From: Gemmatimonadaceae bacterium
GTDB lineage: Bacteria; Gemmatimonadota; Gemmatimonadetes; Gemmatimonadales; Gemmatimonadaceae
Reading direction: 5' to 3'
Assembly: GCA_035701245.1 (NCBI GenBank)
Contig: DASSNV010000169.1
Coordinates: forward strand, 1 to 60,629
DNA: 60,629 nucleotides
In this document: piece after piece, positions 7,624 to 18,100 of the stretch
Layout of the letters: each line of letters begins with the position of its first letter
How positions within the stretch are numbered: position 1 is the stretch's first letter
Made by a program: the position numbers and the translations under genes
The notes under the pieces: generated by a model
What the model was told of the DNA's origin: nothing
What the model saw: the letters and a program-made list of their open reading frames with translations, nothing else
Database searches by the model: none

Positions 7624-10067
7624 CAGATTCGCCCTCTCAGCAGCAGCCGGTGATAGCGCAGCGCCTCAGAGTGGTTGGGATCGAAGCGCAGCACGCGCTC
7701 GAACGCCTTGAGCGCGTCGCTCTCCCGCGCCAGGTCGATGAGGATCTCGCCGAGCGCGATCAACGCGGTGAAGTGATAGACATCGCGCCTCACCAGCGCG
7801 ACGATGCGCGGCAGCGCACTCCTCGATCTCCCGGTGCGCCGGTAAGGGCCGACGAGCTCCACGACGGCCAGGTCGTGGTTGGGCGCGGTGACGAGCACGC
7901 TTTCCAGCTCGCGAATGGCGCCGGTATCGTCGCCGGCGCTGGCGAGCAGTCTGCCGAGTGAAATGCGGGTGTCGATCTGTCTCTCATCGGCGGCGAGGCT
8001 GGCGCGATACGAGGCGATCGCATCCGTGGAGTCGCCGAGCGAAGCGTACAGATCGCCGACCCGCTTCATGACGTTCGCGTTGCGGCTTTCGCTGCGCTGC
8101 AGCGCGATCAGGATGTCGCGCGCGCCCTTCCTGTCGAACGACGCGACCCGCGCCTCGGCGGCGAGCAGCAGCAGGTTGACGTCGGTGCTCCCCGCCGCGA
8201 CCAGAGCTTCCGCGTGCGGCCGCGCTTCATCGGGCCTGCCGAGCGCGAGGAACGAGCGCGCTGTGCCCTGCCTCGCGAAGGAGTTGTGCTCGTCCATCTC
8301 GAGAGCGCGACGATAGCGCTCCAGCGCTTCACCGTGCAGCCCCTGCGCGGCGAAGCCGTCGCCGGCCAGTACCAGGCCCAGAACCTTGTCACCGCCGCGC
8401 GCGAGAACCCGGGCGATCTCTGCCTGGGCGCGATCGTAGAGCCCCTTGGTGATGAGATCGCGCGCCAACGCGAAGCCCGCCATCGCATCGTTGGCGATCG
8501 GAGTGAGCCGTCGCACCGGCTTCTCGGCGAACAGCTCCTCGATGATCGCGGGATCGAAGTGGAAGTCTTCGACGTGCTCGAGCTTCTCGTCCTTCTCGGT
8601 GATTGGCGGTGCGACCGTGAGACGAATCTCTTCGTGCGGAAGCTCGATTGCCAGCTCGAGCTTCTGCGGCGTGTACATCGGATCGAGCGCGAGTGCGCGC
8701 TTCGTCTCGCGCAGCGCCGCGGCGAAATCACCGAGATTCGACAGCGTGAAGCTCATGTTGTAGTGAGCTTCCGCGAAATCCGGATTCGCCTGGATCGCGC
8801 GCGCGAAGGCGTTGCGCGCGTCGGCGTACTTTTCCAGATCGACCAGAATCAGGCCGATGCCGTTCCACGCTACTGGATGCTCGGGCGCGGACGCGAGCAC
8901 CTGCCGGTACGCCTCGAGCGCCAGCTCGGTATGTTTTCGCCGAAAAAGTCCGAGCGCCAGGTTGAGCCGGGCTTCAACCGGCGGACCCGGGGCCTGTAGC
9001 GCGCGGCGGAACGAATTGATCGCGCCCTTGGTGTCGTTCTTGTGCCAGAGCAGGACACCCAAATTGTTGTGCGCGAACGGATAGCTCGAGTCGACCGACA
9101 GAGCCCTGGTGTAGCTGTCCTCGGCCTCCGCGTGACGTCCCTCCAGCTGCAGCGCGACGCCGCGGTTGTTCCACGTTTTCGCGGTCGGTGAGAACTCGCG
9201 CGCGAAACGATCCGCGGTTGCGATCGCCGCGCCCGTATCCCGCTGCAGGAGGTACAGCTCCAGCATCGCCTGCAGAACTTCGGCGTTGGCTTCGCCGCTT
9301 TCGATTGCTTTCTCGTACTCGCGCAGGGCTTCCTGGAAGTACCCCTTCTGCCGGAGTGCGCGACCAAGGGTGATGTGCGCTCCGGCCGGCGTTTTCTGCT
9401 GCTGGCTGGGCGTCATCTCGTGACGGTAGGTCTCGAGCGACAGGTTTGCCTGCGCCCGCACCAAAGTCGGATTCAGGTTCACCGCGCGGCGGTTTGCCTC
9501 CGCTGCTTCTTCGCCGCGGCCCAGGTCGCCGAGGATGAATCCGATCAGATACAGCGCGTCGGGATTCTCCGGATGGAGCTCGATGGATCGTCGCACCGAG
9601 CGCATGGCTTCCTCGTGCAGGCCGCGATTGTAAAGCGTCTCGGCGAGGAGGAAGTGGAGCACCGAGCTGTCCGGGTCGAGCTCGATGGCGCGCTGGAACA
9701 AGGTGTGGGCCCGGTCGAGCCGCCCCGCCGTCTTTTCCGCGATTCCGCTCTGGACGAGCGCCTCGAGATCGTCGGGATTGGCGCGAAGACGCTCCTCGAG
9801 CTCCTCGAGCCGCCGCTCCAGAGTTCCGCTCTCGCCGTACGCGATCTCGAGATTGCGGCGCGCAACGCCCATGCGCTCGTCGAGCGCGAGCGCGCGCGAG
9901 AAGGCGACGATCGCTTCCTCGGTCAGCCCCTTTCGGAAATAGAGGACGCCGAGGTTGTTGTAGGCGCCAGCATCGGAGGGATCGATCCGGCGGGCGAACG
10001 AGCGCAGGATCTCGATCTCACCGCCATTCGCGGCTGCCGGTGCGCGGGCAGTTGCCGCTGGGCTCAT
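7623..10067 (-). CDS. Large tetratricopeptide repeat protein (814 aa)
   Basis: Many TPR units (AYNNLGVLYFRKG, TWNNRGVAL, AHNNLGVLL, AWNGIGLIL, AHYNMSFTL). Confidence 0.92.
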   Translation of the reverse strand: MSPAATARAPAAANGGEIEILRSFARRIDPSDAGAYNNLGVLYFRKGLTEEAIVAFSRALALDERMGVARRNLEIAYGESGTLERRLEELEERLRANPDDLEALVQSGIAEKTAGRLDRAHTLFQRAIELDPDSSVLHFLLAETLYNRGLHEEAMRSVRRSIELHPENPDALYLIGFILGDLGRGEEAAEANRRAVNLNPTLVRAQANLSLETYRHEMTPSQQQKTPAGAHITLGRALRQKGYFQEALREYEKAIESGEANAEVLQAMLELYLLQRDTGAAIATADRFAREFSPTAKTWNNRGVALQLEGRHAEAEDSYTRALSVDSSYPFAHNNLGVLLWHKNDTKGAINSFRRALQAPGPPVEARLNLALGLFRRKHTELALEAYRQVLASAPEHPVAWNGIGLILVDLEKYADARNAFARAIQANPDFAEAHYNMSFTLSNLGDFAAALRETKRALALDPMYTPQKLELAIELPHEEIRLTVAPPITEKDEKLEHVEDFHFDPAIIEELFAEKPVRRLTPIANDAMAGFALARDLITKGLYDRAQAEIARVLARGGDKVLGLVLAGDGFAAQGLHGEALERYRRALEMDEHNSFARQGTARSFLALGRPDEARPHAEALVAAGSTDVNLLLLAAEARVASFDRKGARDILIALQRSESRNANVMKRVGDLYASLGDSTDAIASYRASLAADERQIDTRISLGRLLASAGDDTGAIRELESVLVTAPNHDLAVVELVGPYRRTGRSRSALPRIVALVRRDVYHFTALIALGEILIDLARESDALKAFERVLRFDPNHSEALRYHRLLLRGRI

Positions 10068-10071
10068 TGGG

Positions 10072-10719
10072 CTACTCTACGCGCACCGCGCGGAAGATGG
10101 CGTCGAACGACCTGGGATCGGGAACCAGCAGAAAGAAACCGTGCAGGCTCTCGGCCGGCTCCTCGAGAAAGAATTCCGTTTCCACGCAAAGGATCGGGGA
10201 TTCGACGCGCGGGGCGTGATCACCGAGCGTGCGCAACGCTTCGCCGGTGCGGCCGGTATTGAGCGCGGGCGGTGAAAGCATCAGACGCATGTCGAGGAAA
10301 TCACTCAGCGCGGTCAGGTAGGCGCCCGCGAGGATGTTGCCCGCTTCGTTGAGGGCGGACTGCTCCAGCTTGCCGAGATTTGGCGACGTCCCGCGCTTGC
10401 GACGCAGCATCCGCTCGGCGAGTCGGAGGCCGGCGTCGACGGCGAGCAGAAACACCGTCTGACCGCTGATGTCCCCGCTCATTGCCATCTGCACCGCGAC
10501 GATCTCCACCCCCGGTGCAATCTCCGGAACGAAATCACCGGGCGGCACGATGTTCACCATCGGCACGCTGATCATGATCCGGGTGCCCGTGAGAGTGGAA
10601 AGCGCGGTAGCCGCGTGACCGGCGCCGATGTTGGCGACTTCGCGCAGCGCATCGAGACGCGCAGTACTGAGGAGGGTGGTGCCGCTCTCGCCGGATGGTG
10701 TGTTGCGAGGATTGGTCAT
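10072..10719 (-). CDS. cheC: CheC-family CheY-P phosphatase
   Basis: Two E-x-x-N sites (DALREVANIGAGHAATALS; SALNEAGNILAG); start at ATG 10719. Confidence 0.92.
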   Translation of the reverse strand: MTNPRNTPSGESGTTLLSTARLDALREVANIGAGHAATALSTLTGTRIMISVPMVNIVPPGDFVPEIAPGVEIVAVQMAMSGDISGQTVFLLAVDAGLRLAERMLRRKRGTSPNLGKLEQSALNEAGNILAGAYLTALSDFLDMRLMLSPPALNTGRTGEALRTLGDHAPRVESPILCVETEFFLEEPAESLHGFFLLVPDPRSFDAIFRAVRVE

Positions 10720-10720
10720 T

Positions 10721-12337
10721 TCAGAGAAGGCTGGAGGCGTCCACAATTAGTGCGGGCGACCCATCGCCAAGGATGGTCGCGCCGCTGAAGAGAGTTTTGC
10801 TGCCGTTGACTCCGTCGAACTGCTTCACCACGATTTCCTGCTGGCCGATGAACTCGTCGACGATCAGAGCGGCCTTCCGTTCGGCGAGCTCGATGAGCAC
10901 GACTTGCCCGCTGGCGGCTTTCTCCGGAGGAGTCAAGCCGACGCGCTCGCGCAGCCAGATCGCCGGAAAAAGATCGTCGCGAATCGCCACGACCTGTTTA
11001 CCCTTCGTCTCGAGCAGCATCGGCTGCGACAGGCTGAAGGTCTCGAGGACGTGGGTCAGCGGGATGGCGTAGATCTCATTTTCCACTTTCGCCAACAGCG
11101 CGCGCGAGATTGCCAGAGTAAGTGGAAGGCGCATGCTGACGCTGGTGCCCAGTCCCGCATCGGTGTGCACCTCGAGCGAGCCGCCGAGCGAACGCACCCG
11201 CGTGGCGACGATGTCGAACCCGACACCGCGGCCCGAGATCTCAGTCACCTTTTCGGCGGTCGAGAATCCGGGGCGGGAAATGAGAGCGACCAGCTCCTGC
11301 TCGGAGAGGTGCTGCGTCTCCTTGTCGACGAGACCAAGCTTCTTGGCGCGCGGCAGCACCCTGTTCTGGTCGATGCCTCGTCCGTCGTCGGTCACCCGGA
11401 TCAACACCGTAGCGCGATCCCGCTCCGCGGTGAGAATCAGCGTCGCCGCGCGCGGTTTCCCAGCCTTCTCGCGCTCATCGGGTGTCTCGATGCCGTGATC
11501 GAGTGCGTTCCGGAGAAGATGCAGAACCGGTTCGCCCATCTCGTCGAGCATCGACCGGTCCAGCTCGATCTCGCGCCCCTCGATCTTGAACTCGACTTCC
11601 TTGCCCAGCGACCGCGCGGTGTCGCGCACGACGCGGGGAAAGCGCTCGAAGACCTGCCACACCGGAACCATCCGGCTGGTCATGATCTCGTTCTGCAGAT
11701 TGGCCAGAATCTGCGAAGCGCGCAGCGTCGCTTCGATGAGCGACGGATCGCCGATCTGGTCGGCGATCTTCGCGATGCGGTCGCGCGCGATGACGAGCTC
11801 GCCGACGGCGTTCATAAGCGTGTCGAGCCGCTTGGCGTCGATGCGGATCTGACGGGCGGACTTTTGCGGGACCGCCGGCGCGGCTTCAGTGCGGGAGGCG
11901 CTCGGAGAAGCTGCGGGCGGTGCCGCCGGGGAAAGCTCCGTCGCCCCGCCCGCCGGCGCGGCCTCGGCTGCGGCCTGCTGGATGCGCGCTATCGCCGCCC
12001 TCACATCCAGCTGCTCGGAATTGGCGGCGGTTGCCAGATCCACCGCTTTCTCGAGTGTGTCGACGCTTGCGAACAAGGTGTCGATGATCGGACGGGTTAC
12101 CACCAGCGCGCCATTCCGAACCTTGTCGAGCAACGTCTCGAGCTCGTGGGAAAGCTCGGAGACCGACGTGTACCCCATCGCCGCGCCCATGCCTTTCATC
12201 GTGTGCACCGAGCGGAATAACCTTGCGACGGCCGCGTCGCTGCCGCCACGCTCCAGATCGAGGAGCGCGTTGTTTATCTCGGAGAGGTGCTCGCGGCTCT
12301 CCGAGAGAAACAGCTTGGCGTAGCGGCCGGTATCCAC
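10721..12337 (-). CDS. cheA: Chemotaxis histidine kinase CheA (P1-P3-P4-P5, no P2 domain)
   Basis: Hpt LFRSVHTMKG, LDTLMNAVGELVI, HLLRNALDHGIE, DDGRGID, GFSTAEKVTEISGRGVG, C-terminal CheW domain. Confidence 0.96.
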   Translation of the reverse strand: MDTGRYAKLFLSESREHLSEINNALLDLERGGSDAAVARLFRSVHTMKGMGAAMGYTSVSELSHELETLLDKVRNGALVVTRPIIDTLFASVDTLEKAVDLATAANSEQLDVRAAIARIQQAAAEAAPAGGATELSPAAPPAASPSASRTEAAPAVPQKSARQIRIDAKRLDTLMNAVGELVIARDRIAKIADQIGDPSLIEATLRASQILANLQNEIMTSRMVPVWQVFERFPRVVRDTARSLGKEVEFKIEGREIELDRSMLDEMGEPVLHLLRNALDHGIETPDEREKAGKPRAATLILTAERDRATVLIRVTDDGRGIDQNRVLPRAKKLGLVDKETQHLSEQELVALISRPGFSTAEKVTEISGRGVGFDIVATRVRSLGGSLEVHTDAGLGTSVSMRLPLTLAISRALLAKVENEIYAIPLTHVLETFSLSQPMLLETKGKQVVAIRDDLFPAIWLRERVGLTPPEKAASGQVVLIELAERKAALIVDEFIGQQEIVVKQFDGVNGSKTLFSGATILGDGSPALIVDASSLL

Positions 12338-12700
12338 TTAGGCGAGTACCCGCTGGACTGCCTCGAGCACTCTGCTCGGCTGAAACGGCTTGACCACGAA
12401 GTCGCGCGCGCCCGCCTGCAACGCTTCCTGCACCAGCGCCTGCTGTCCCATTGCGCTGCACATGAGGATCCGCGCCGCGGGATCCATCGAGGTGATCTTC
12501 TTCACCGCCTCGATGCCACCCATCTCCGGCATGATGATATCCATCGTCACCAGATCGGGCTTGAGTTGCTGGTACTTCTCAACGGCCTGTTTTCCGTTCT
12601 CCGCCTCACCTACCACCGTAAACCCGGCCTGGGAGAGGATGTCACTCACCATCGTCCGCATGAATACGGCGTCGTCGCAAACCAGCACAGTGCTGCTCAC
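12338..12700 (-). CDS. cheY: Chemotaxis response regulator CheY
   Basis: Single REC domain: CDDAVFMR, TMDIIMP, CSAMGQQ, FVVKPF. Confidence 0.93.
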   Translation of the reverse strand: MSSTVLVCDDAVFMRTMVSDILSQAGFTVVGEAENGKQAVEKYQQLKPDLVTMDIIMPEMGGIEAVKKITSMDPAARILMCSAMGQQALVQEALQAGARDFVVKPFQPSRVLEAVQRVLA

Positions 12701-12701
12701 C

Positions 12702-13199
12702 CTACCTCCCTTGTCCGATGACTTGCTGAATTACCGTCTTGATGTCCAACACTATCACCCGCTTGCCTTCGAGTTCGACCACGGCAGTGACCACGCCCGG
12801 AACCGGGAGCTCCGAGCCGTCGGTGCTCACGAATTGATCGATCGGAACGTCCTGAATGTCCCGCACGTCGTCGACGCCGATGCCAATCCACCGATCGAAG
12901 TAATCGACAATCAGTATGAGCCCCTCGTCGCGGACGAAGGGCTGCAGGTCCAGAGCTCTCCCGCCGTCAATTACCGTCACGATAGTTCCGCGGAGATTGA
13001 TGAGCCCGCAAACGGCGTCCGACGCGCCGGGCAGACGGGTCATCTGCGGCGGAGGGACGATCTCGCGGAAGGCGTCCATGTCGCAGGCAAAGGAGCCACG
13101 CGCAACGTTGAAGAGCAGCAGCCGCCGTGTAGGGACATTCGGCTCCTCGTTGACCAGGTCCTGATCTGGGGGCGGCGGCGCCTCTACCGCATCACTCAT
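12702..13199 (-). CDS. cheW: Chemotaxis adaptor CheW
   Basis: TRLPGASDAVCGLINLRGTIVTVID, IGIGVDDVRDI. Confidence 0.92.
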   Translation of the reverse strand: MSDAVEAPPPPDQDLVNEEPNVPTRRLLLFNVARGSFACDMDAFREIVPPPQMTRLPGASDAVCGLINLRGTIVTVIDGGRALDLQPFVRDEGLILIVDYFDRWIGIGVDDVRDIQDVPIDQFVSTDGSELPVPGVVTAVVELEGKRVIVLDIKTVIQQVIGQGR

Positions 13200-14163
13200 A
13201 GAATCCGAGCGCGGTGAGTGCGTCGATCTCCGGGGGCTGGGCGTGTTCGCCGGCCACGACCGCCAACGCGTTGCGCAGATCGGGGGGAAGCGGCGAACGA
13301 AAATCGAGCGGCTTGCCGGTCACGGGATGATTGAATGCGAGCCAGGCCGCGTGCAGGAAATGCCGCTTGGGAGGAAGTCCGGCCACACGACGTCCTCCGC
13401 CTCCGCCATACGTGTCATCGCCCATGACAGGATGGCCGATAGACGCGAGATGAACGCGGATCTGGTGAGTCCGTCCGGAATGGAGATGGGCACGAAGAAG
13501 GTCCCCCGCATCGAACCGAGCAAGGCGTATGAGGTCGGTCCTGGCCGGCCGACCATTATTGACGATTGCCATGCGCTTCCGGTCTCGCGGATCGCGGGCT
13601 AACGGCTTGTCGATGGTGATCTTGTCCTGTGACAGGTGTCCCCAGATCATCACCGCATAGCGCCGCGTGACCCGCCTCGCCGCGATCGCGGCGCTCAAGA
13701 GCCGATGGGCGCGGTCCGTCTTGGCGACGATCAGGAGCCCCGATGTCTCCTTGTCGAGCCGGTGGACGACCCCGGCGCGCTCCGGCTCTCCCTCGCCGGA
13801 CAGCTGTCCCCCCCGTCCCAGTAGCGCGTTCACCAGAGTTCCGGACCAGTTCCCCGGCGCCGGGTGCACCACCATTCCAGCGGGCTTGTCGACCACCATC
13901 AGCGCCTCGTCCTCGTAGATGACGCTGACCGGGATGTCCTCGCCGGTGATGGTCCGCTTTTCGACCTTGGGTATCTCGACCCGTACGACCTCACCCGGCT
14001 CGGGCCGGTAGCTCGCCTTCTCCCGCCGTCCATCCACCAGCACGTTCCCGAGCGCGATCAGGGTCGCCGCCTGGGTCCGCGACAGGTCGGCCCGCTGGGC
14101 AACAAAGAGATCGAGGCGGACATTGCTGTCCGCCTCGACGGGAAACTCTTTGCTGTCGCTCAG
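13192..14163 (-). CDS. rluD: RluA/RluD-family pseudouridine synthase with S4 domain (probable CTG start)
   Basis: KPAGMVVHP, HRLDKETSG, GRTHQIRVH; S4-like RLDLFVAQRADLSRTQA lies upstream of the first GTG, and the frame is open only up to CTG 14163. Confidence 0.88.
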   Translation of the reverse strand: MSDSKEFPVEADSNVRLDLFVAQRADLSRTQAATLIALGNVLVDGRREKASYRPEPGEVVRVEIPKVEKRTITGEDIPVSVIYEDEALMVVDKPAGMVVHPAPGNWSGTLVNALLGRGGQLSGEGEPERAGVVHRLDKETSGLLIVAKTDRAHRLLSAAIAARRVTRRYAVMIWGHLSQDKITIDKPLARDPRDRKRMAIVNNGRPARTDLIRLARFDAGDLLRAHLHSGRTHQIRVHLASIGHPVMGDDTYGGGGGRRVAGLPPKRHFLHAAWLAFNHPVTGKPLDFRSPLPPDLRNALAVVAGEHAQPPEIDALTALGFYE

Positions 14164-14166
14164 GGG

Positions 14167-14700
14167 CTAGCTCTCCGCCGGCGTATCCGAGACGGGAGTG
14201 GCAACTACGGCCGCAGACGACCTTTCTTCGCCCCAGAGCACCCACGCCAGCAGGAAGGCTCCAACGCTGACGGCCATGTCCGCGACATTGAAGGTCGGCC
14301 AACGCAGGTCGCCGATGCCTACGTCGATGAAATCCACCACCCCTGCTGCCGATCGCACTCGGTCGATCAGATTCCCAACCGCTCCCCCGCACACCAGACC
14401 GAGCGCAAGCACGCGAAGAAGATCGCCCTGCCTCGTCGCCTTGTAGAGCCTGCCGAGGATGATGAGGGCACCTGCAGTGAGGGCCATGAAGATCCAGCGC
14501 GAGTAAACGCCAAGGTTGAGCCCGAACGCCGCGCCCGGATTGTAAACGAGCGTCAGCCGGAGGTGATTGCCGATTATCTCGTGAGGAATGTGCTGCGGCG
14601 CCAGGGTGGCGGCGGCGATCAGTTTGGTAACCAGATCGAGCGCCACCACTGTGACGAGGGTGCCCCAGAAAAGAGGCGGGTTAGGCTTGGCGCTTTCCAT
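14167..14700 (-). CDS. lspA: Lipoprotein signal peptidase II
   Basis: DLVTK, NPGAAFG, GNLIDR, VVDFID, FNVAD; start at ATG 14700. Confidence 0.95.
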   Translation of the reverse strand: MESAKPNPPLFWGTLVTVVALDLVTKLIAAATLAPQHIPHEIIGNHLRLTLVYNPGAAFGLNLGVYSRWIFMALTAGALIILGRLYKATRQGDLLRVLALGLVCGGAVGNLIDRVRSAAGVVDFIDVGIGDLRWPTFNVADMAVSVGAFLLAWVLWGEERSSAAVVATPVSDTPAES

Positions 14701-15103
14701 CTTCTTCGCGCTGCTTACACTCGATGCAGTATCTGGCGTGGGGGAGCGCGTCGAGTCGCTCGAAGCTGATATCCTTTCCACAGTTGTGGCACTTGCCGAA
14801 CTGCTCGGGGTTCCGGTACAACCGGCGCAGGGCTTCGTCGATGTGCCAGAGGAAGCGACCTTCCTGACTCGCGAACAGGAACGCCTTCTCGCGCTCCATT
14901 GCGTCGGTGCCCTGATCCGCCATGTGGAACGAGTACGCGCTGAGATCGCCGTCCGCACCCTGCGGAGTCGATCCGAAAGTCTCGTCGTAATGCCCGAGCT
15001 CCTTCAGAACACGCTTCCTCTCCTCGAGTAGGCGTTTCTCGAAGTGCTGCAGGTTCTTCTTCGGCATAGCCTTCGGCTTTTTGCCCTTAGCTGCTGTTGC
15101 CAT
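14681..15103 (-). CDS. dksA: TraR/DksA C4 zinc-finger regulator
   Basis: HMADQGTDAMERE coiled-coil tip; CHNC...RLDALPHARYCIEC. Confidence 0.88.
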   Translation of the reverse strand: MATAAKGKKPKAMPKKNLQHFEKRLLEERKRVLKELGHYDETFGSTPQGADGDLSAYSFHMADQGTDAMEREKAFLFASQEGRFLWHIDEALRRLYRNPEQFGKCHNCGKDISFERLDALPHARYCIECKQREEDGKRQA

Positions 15104-15106
15104 GTT

Positions 15107-18100
15107 CTAACCAACCCTCTCCAGGGCGACTTCAACGTTCTGACCATCAAGGTCGAACGAGTGCGTCGCGTGTGTTTCGTCGATTTTTTCGCCGACGGTG
15201 ATCTTCACCGCCAGCACTTCTGCCGCTATCCACTTCTCGAACGCGTTCACCGCGTCCTGAATTTCCTGACCGCCTGCGACGGAGAGCGTAATTCGATCGC
15301 TCACCGCGAAACCCAATTCTTTCCTCAGCCGCTGAACGCGGCTCACCAGCTCCCGCGCCAGACCTTCCAGTCTCAGCTCGCGTGACACCGTTGGATCGAG
15401 CGCGGCAAAATAGCCGGCCTCCTCCTTCACCACCAAATCGCCGGACGCACTCCGCACGATCGTCAGATCTTCCGGACTCAGCTCGCGCGATTCATTTCCA
15501 ACCGAGACATACAGCGGTTTGCCAGCCTCGAAATCACGGAGTGCGTCGCTGCCCAGAGCCTGCACCGCCTCCGCTGCCAACGGCGTGTCCTTGCCGAACT
15601 TCTTACCCAGCGAACGGAAATTCGGCTTAGCCTTTAAAGTTACTAGGTTGGCGGCGCTTGAGATGAACTCGATTTTCTTAATGTTCAGCTCGGCGGCCAG
15701 GAGAGGGCTCAGCTCCTCGAAAAGGGCTTCGGCGCGTTCGGCGGCGCCCCGGTAAAGCACTCCCGGGACGGGCACGACGCACACCATTCGGGACAGCGGC
15801 TGACGCACCTTCACCCCGGCCTCTTCCCGCGCGGCCCTCCCGAGAGTGGCAATGGTCCGAATGTGCGACATCGCGCGCTCGAGATCGACATCGATCTGTC
15901 CCGGATGCTCGCGCTTGAAGGGCGCAAGGTGAACCGAAGTCCCGGTCAGCTCGCGGTGCACCCAGTCGGTGACGAAGGGCGCAAAGGGCGCCAACAGCCG
16001 GCAGGTGACTGAAATGACCTCGTGCAGGGTCGCGAACGCGGCGCGGTTGTCCGGCCGGTCCACGTCGTAGAAGCGGTGCCGACTCTGCCTGACGTACCAT
16101 TTCGAGACGTCGTCGTCGAAGAAGGTCATGACCGCCTTGGCGGCGTTGGTCGCCTCGTATCTCTCGAGCTGCTGATCCGCCTCCGCCTCGATCGTCGCCA
16201 GGCGAGAAAGGATCCAGCGGTCCAGAGCCGGCCGCTCGCTCGGTGCGGGATCGTCCTTCGATGGCGCCCACCCGAAATTGGCGTACTCGGCGAAGATGCC
16301 GGTGTAGACGTTCTTGAACGTCAGCAGGAATCTGCCGGCGGTATCGCGAATTCCCGCCTCGTCGAAGCGGCGCGATGTCCAGATCTGGCTCGACGTCGTG
16401 AGGAATAGGCGGATTGCGTCTGCACCATAGCGCGGAATCACCGACTTGGGGTCGATGATGTTGCCGAGCCGCTTCGACATCTTCCGACCTTCAGCGTCCA
16501 GGACGAGGTCGTTGACGACGACTGCGCGATAAGGTGCGGTGTCGACCGCGTTTTCAGAATGTGATTCGTGCGTCAGAACGTTGTTGGGCAACGCCTCGCC
16601 CAGACCCGTCGCGATCGCGAGCAGCGAATAGAACCAGCCTCGCGTCTGGTCGATGCCTTCGGCGATGAAGTCGGCCGGATAGTAGCGCTCGAACTTGTCG
16701 CGATTCTCGAACGGAAAGTGCCACTGCGCAAACGGCATCGATCCCGAATCGAACCAGGCGTCGATCACCTCGGGCGTGCGCGACATGGTGCCGCCACAGC
16801 TGCATTTCCAGGTGTAGTCGTCGATGAAGGGCTTGTGTGGGTCGAAATCAGCGGGCAGCGATTTACCAGTCCGCTCCGCGAGCTCGGCGTAGCCGCCGAC
16901 CGCCTCCGCGTGCGAGGCGTCACGGTCGCAGAGCCAGATCGGGAGTGGCGTGCCCCAGTACCGGTCGCGCGACACCGCCCAATCAATGTTGTCAGTCAGC
17001 CAACCGGCGAAACGACCCGCACCGGTTTCCACCGGATGCCAGTCGACGCGCGAGTTGCGGACGAGCATCGCATCCTTGAACTCGGTGGTGCGAATGAACC
17101 ACGACGTCCGCGCGTAGTAAAGCAGCGGCGTCTCGCAGCGCCAGCAGTGGGGATAGGAATGTTCGTGGAGCGACGATTTCCAGAGGATTCCGCGCCGCTT
17201 GAGCTCCTCGAGGATGACCGGGTCCGCGTCCTTCACGAACATCCCGCCGACGAGCGGCGTGTCGGCCGGAAACTCACCGCGAAGATCTACGGGCTGCAGG
17301 AATGCAAGGCCGTGCCTCTGGCCGGCCGCGTAATCATCGGCGCCAAACGCAGGCGCCATGTGCACGACGCCCGTCCCTTCCGCGGCGGAAACGAACGACT
17401 CGCCGACGATGATCTCGTGGTTGCCCTTCGGGTACTCGACCCAATCGAGCGGACGCTTGTAGCGCTTTCCGACCAGTTGCGAGCCACGGAACGAGCGCAC
17501 GACTTCCCAGCGGTCGGCGAAGTCGTCGCCCAGCACACCAGCGGCGCGGCTGATCGCGAGAATGATCGTCTCGTCGTCTGCGCCCTTGCGCTTGCGGAGC
17601 TCGACGTACTCGAGGTCCGGGTTGATCGCGAGCGCAACGTTGGAAACCAGCGTCCACGGAGTGGTGGTCCACACCAGGATCCGACGCCGCGTCGCGGCCG
17701 ACTTTTCCTCCACCAGATCGAGCGCGACGTACGCGCTCGGATCCTTGACGTCCTTGTAGCCCTGCGCGACTTCGTGGCTGGAGAGAGTCGTCCCGCAGCG
17801 GGCGCAGTAGGGCAGCACCTTGTAGCCGCGGTAAAGCCTGCCGCGCCGGAACATCGTCGCCAGCGCCCACCAAACGCTCTCGATGTAATCGTTGGAGTAG
17901 GTGACGTACGGATCGCTGTAGTCGAGCCAGTACCCGATGCGCTCGCTGAGCTCCTCCCAGTCGGCGCGGTACGTCCACACGCTCTCGCGGCACATCTCGT
18001 TGAAGCGCGCGACGCCGATCTTCTCGATCTGCTGTTTGGCGGTGCGGATCCCGAAATCGCTTTCGATCCGTTTCTCGACTTCGATCTCCACCGGGAGGCC

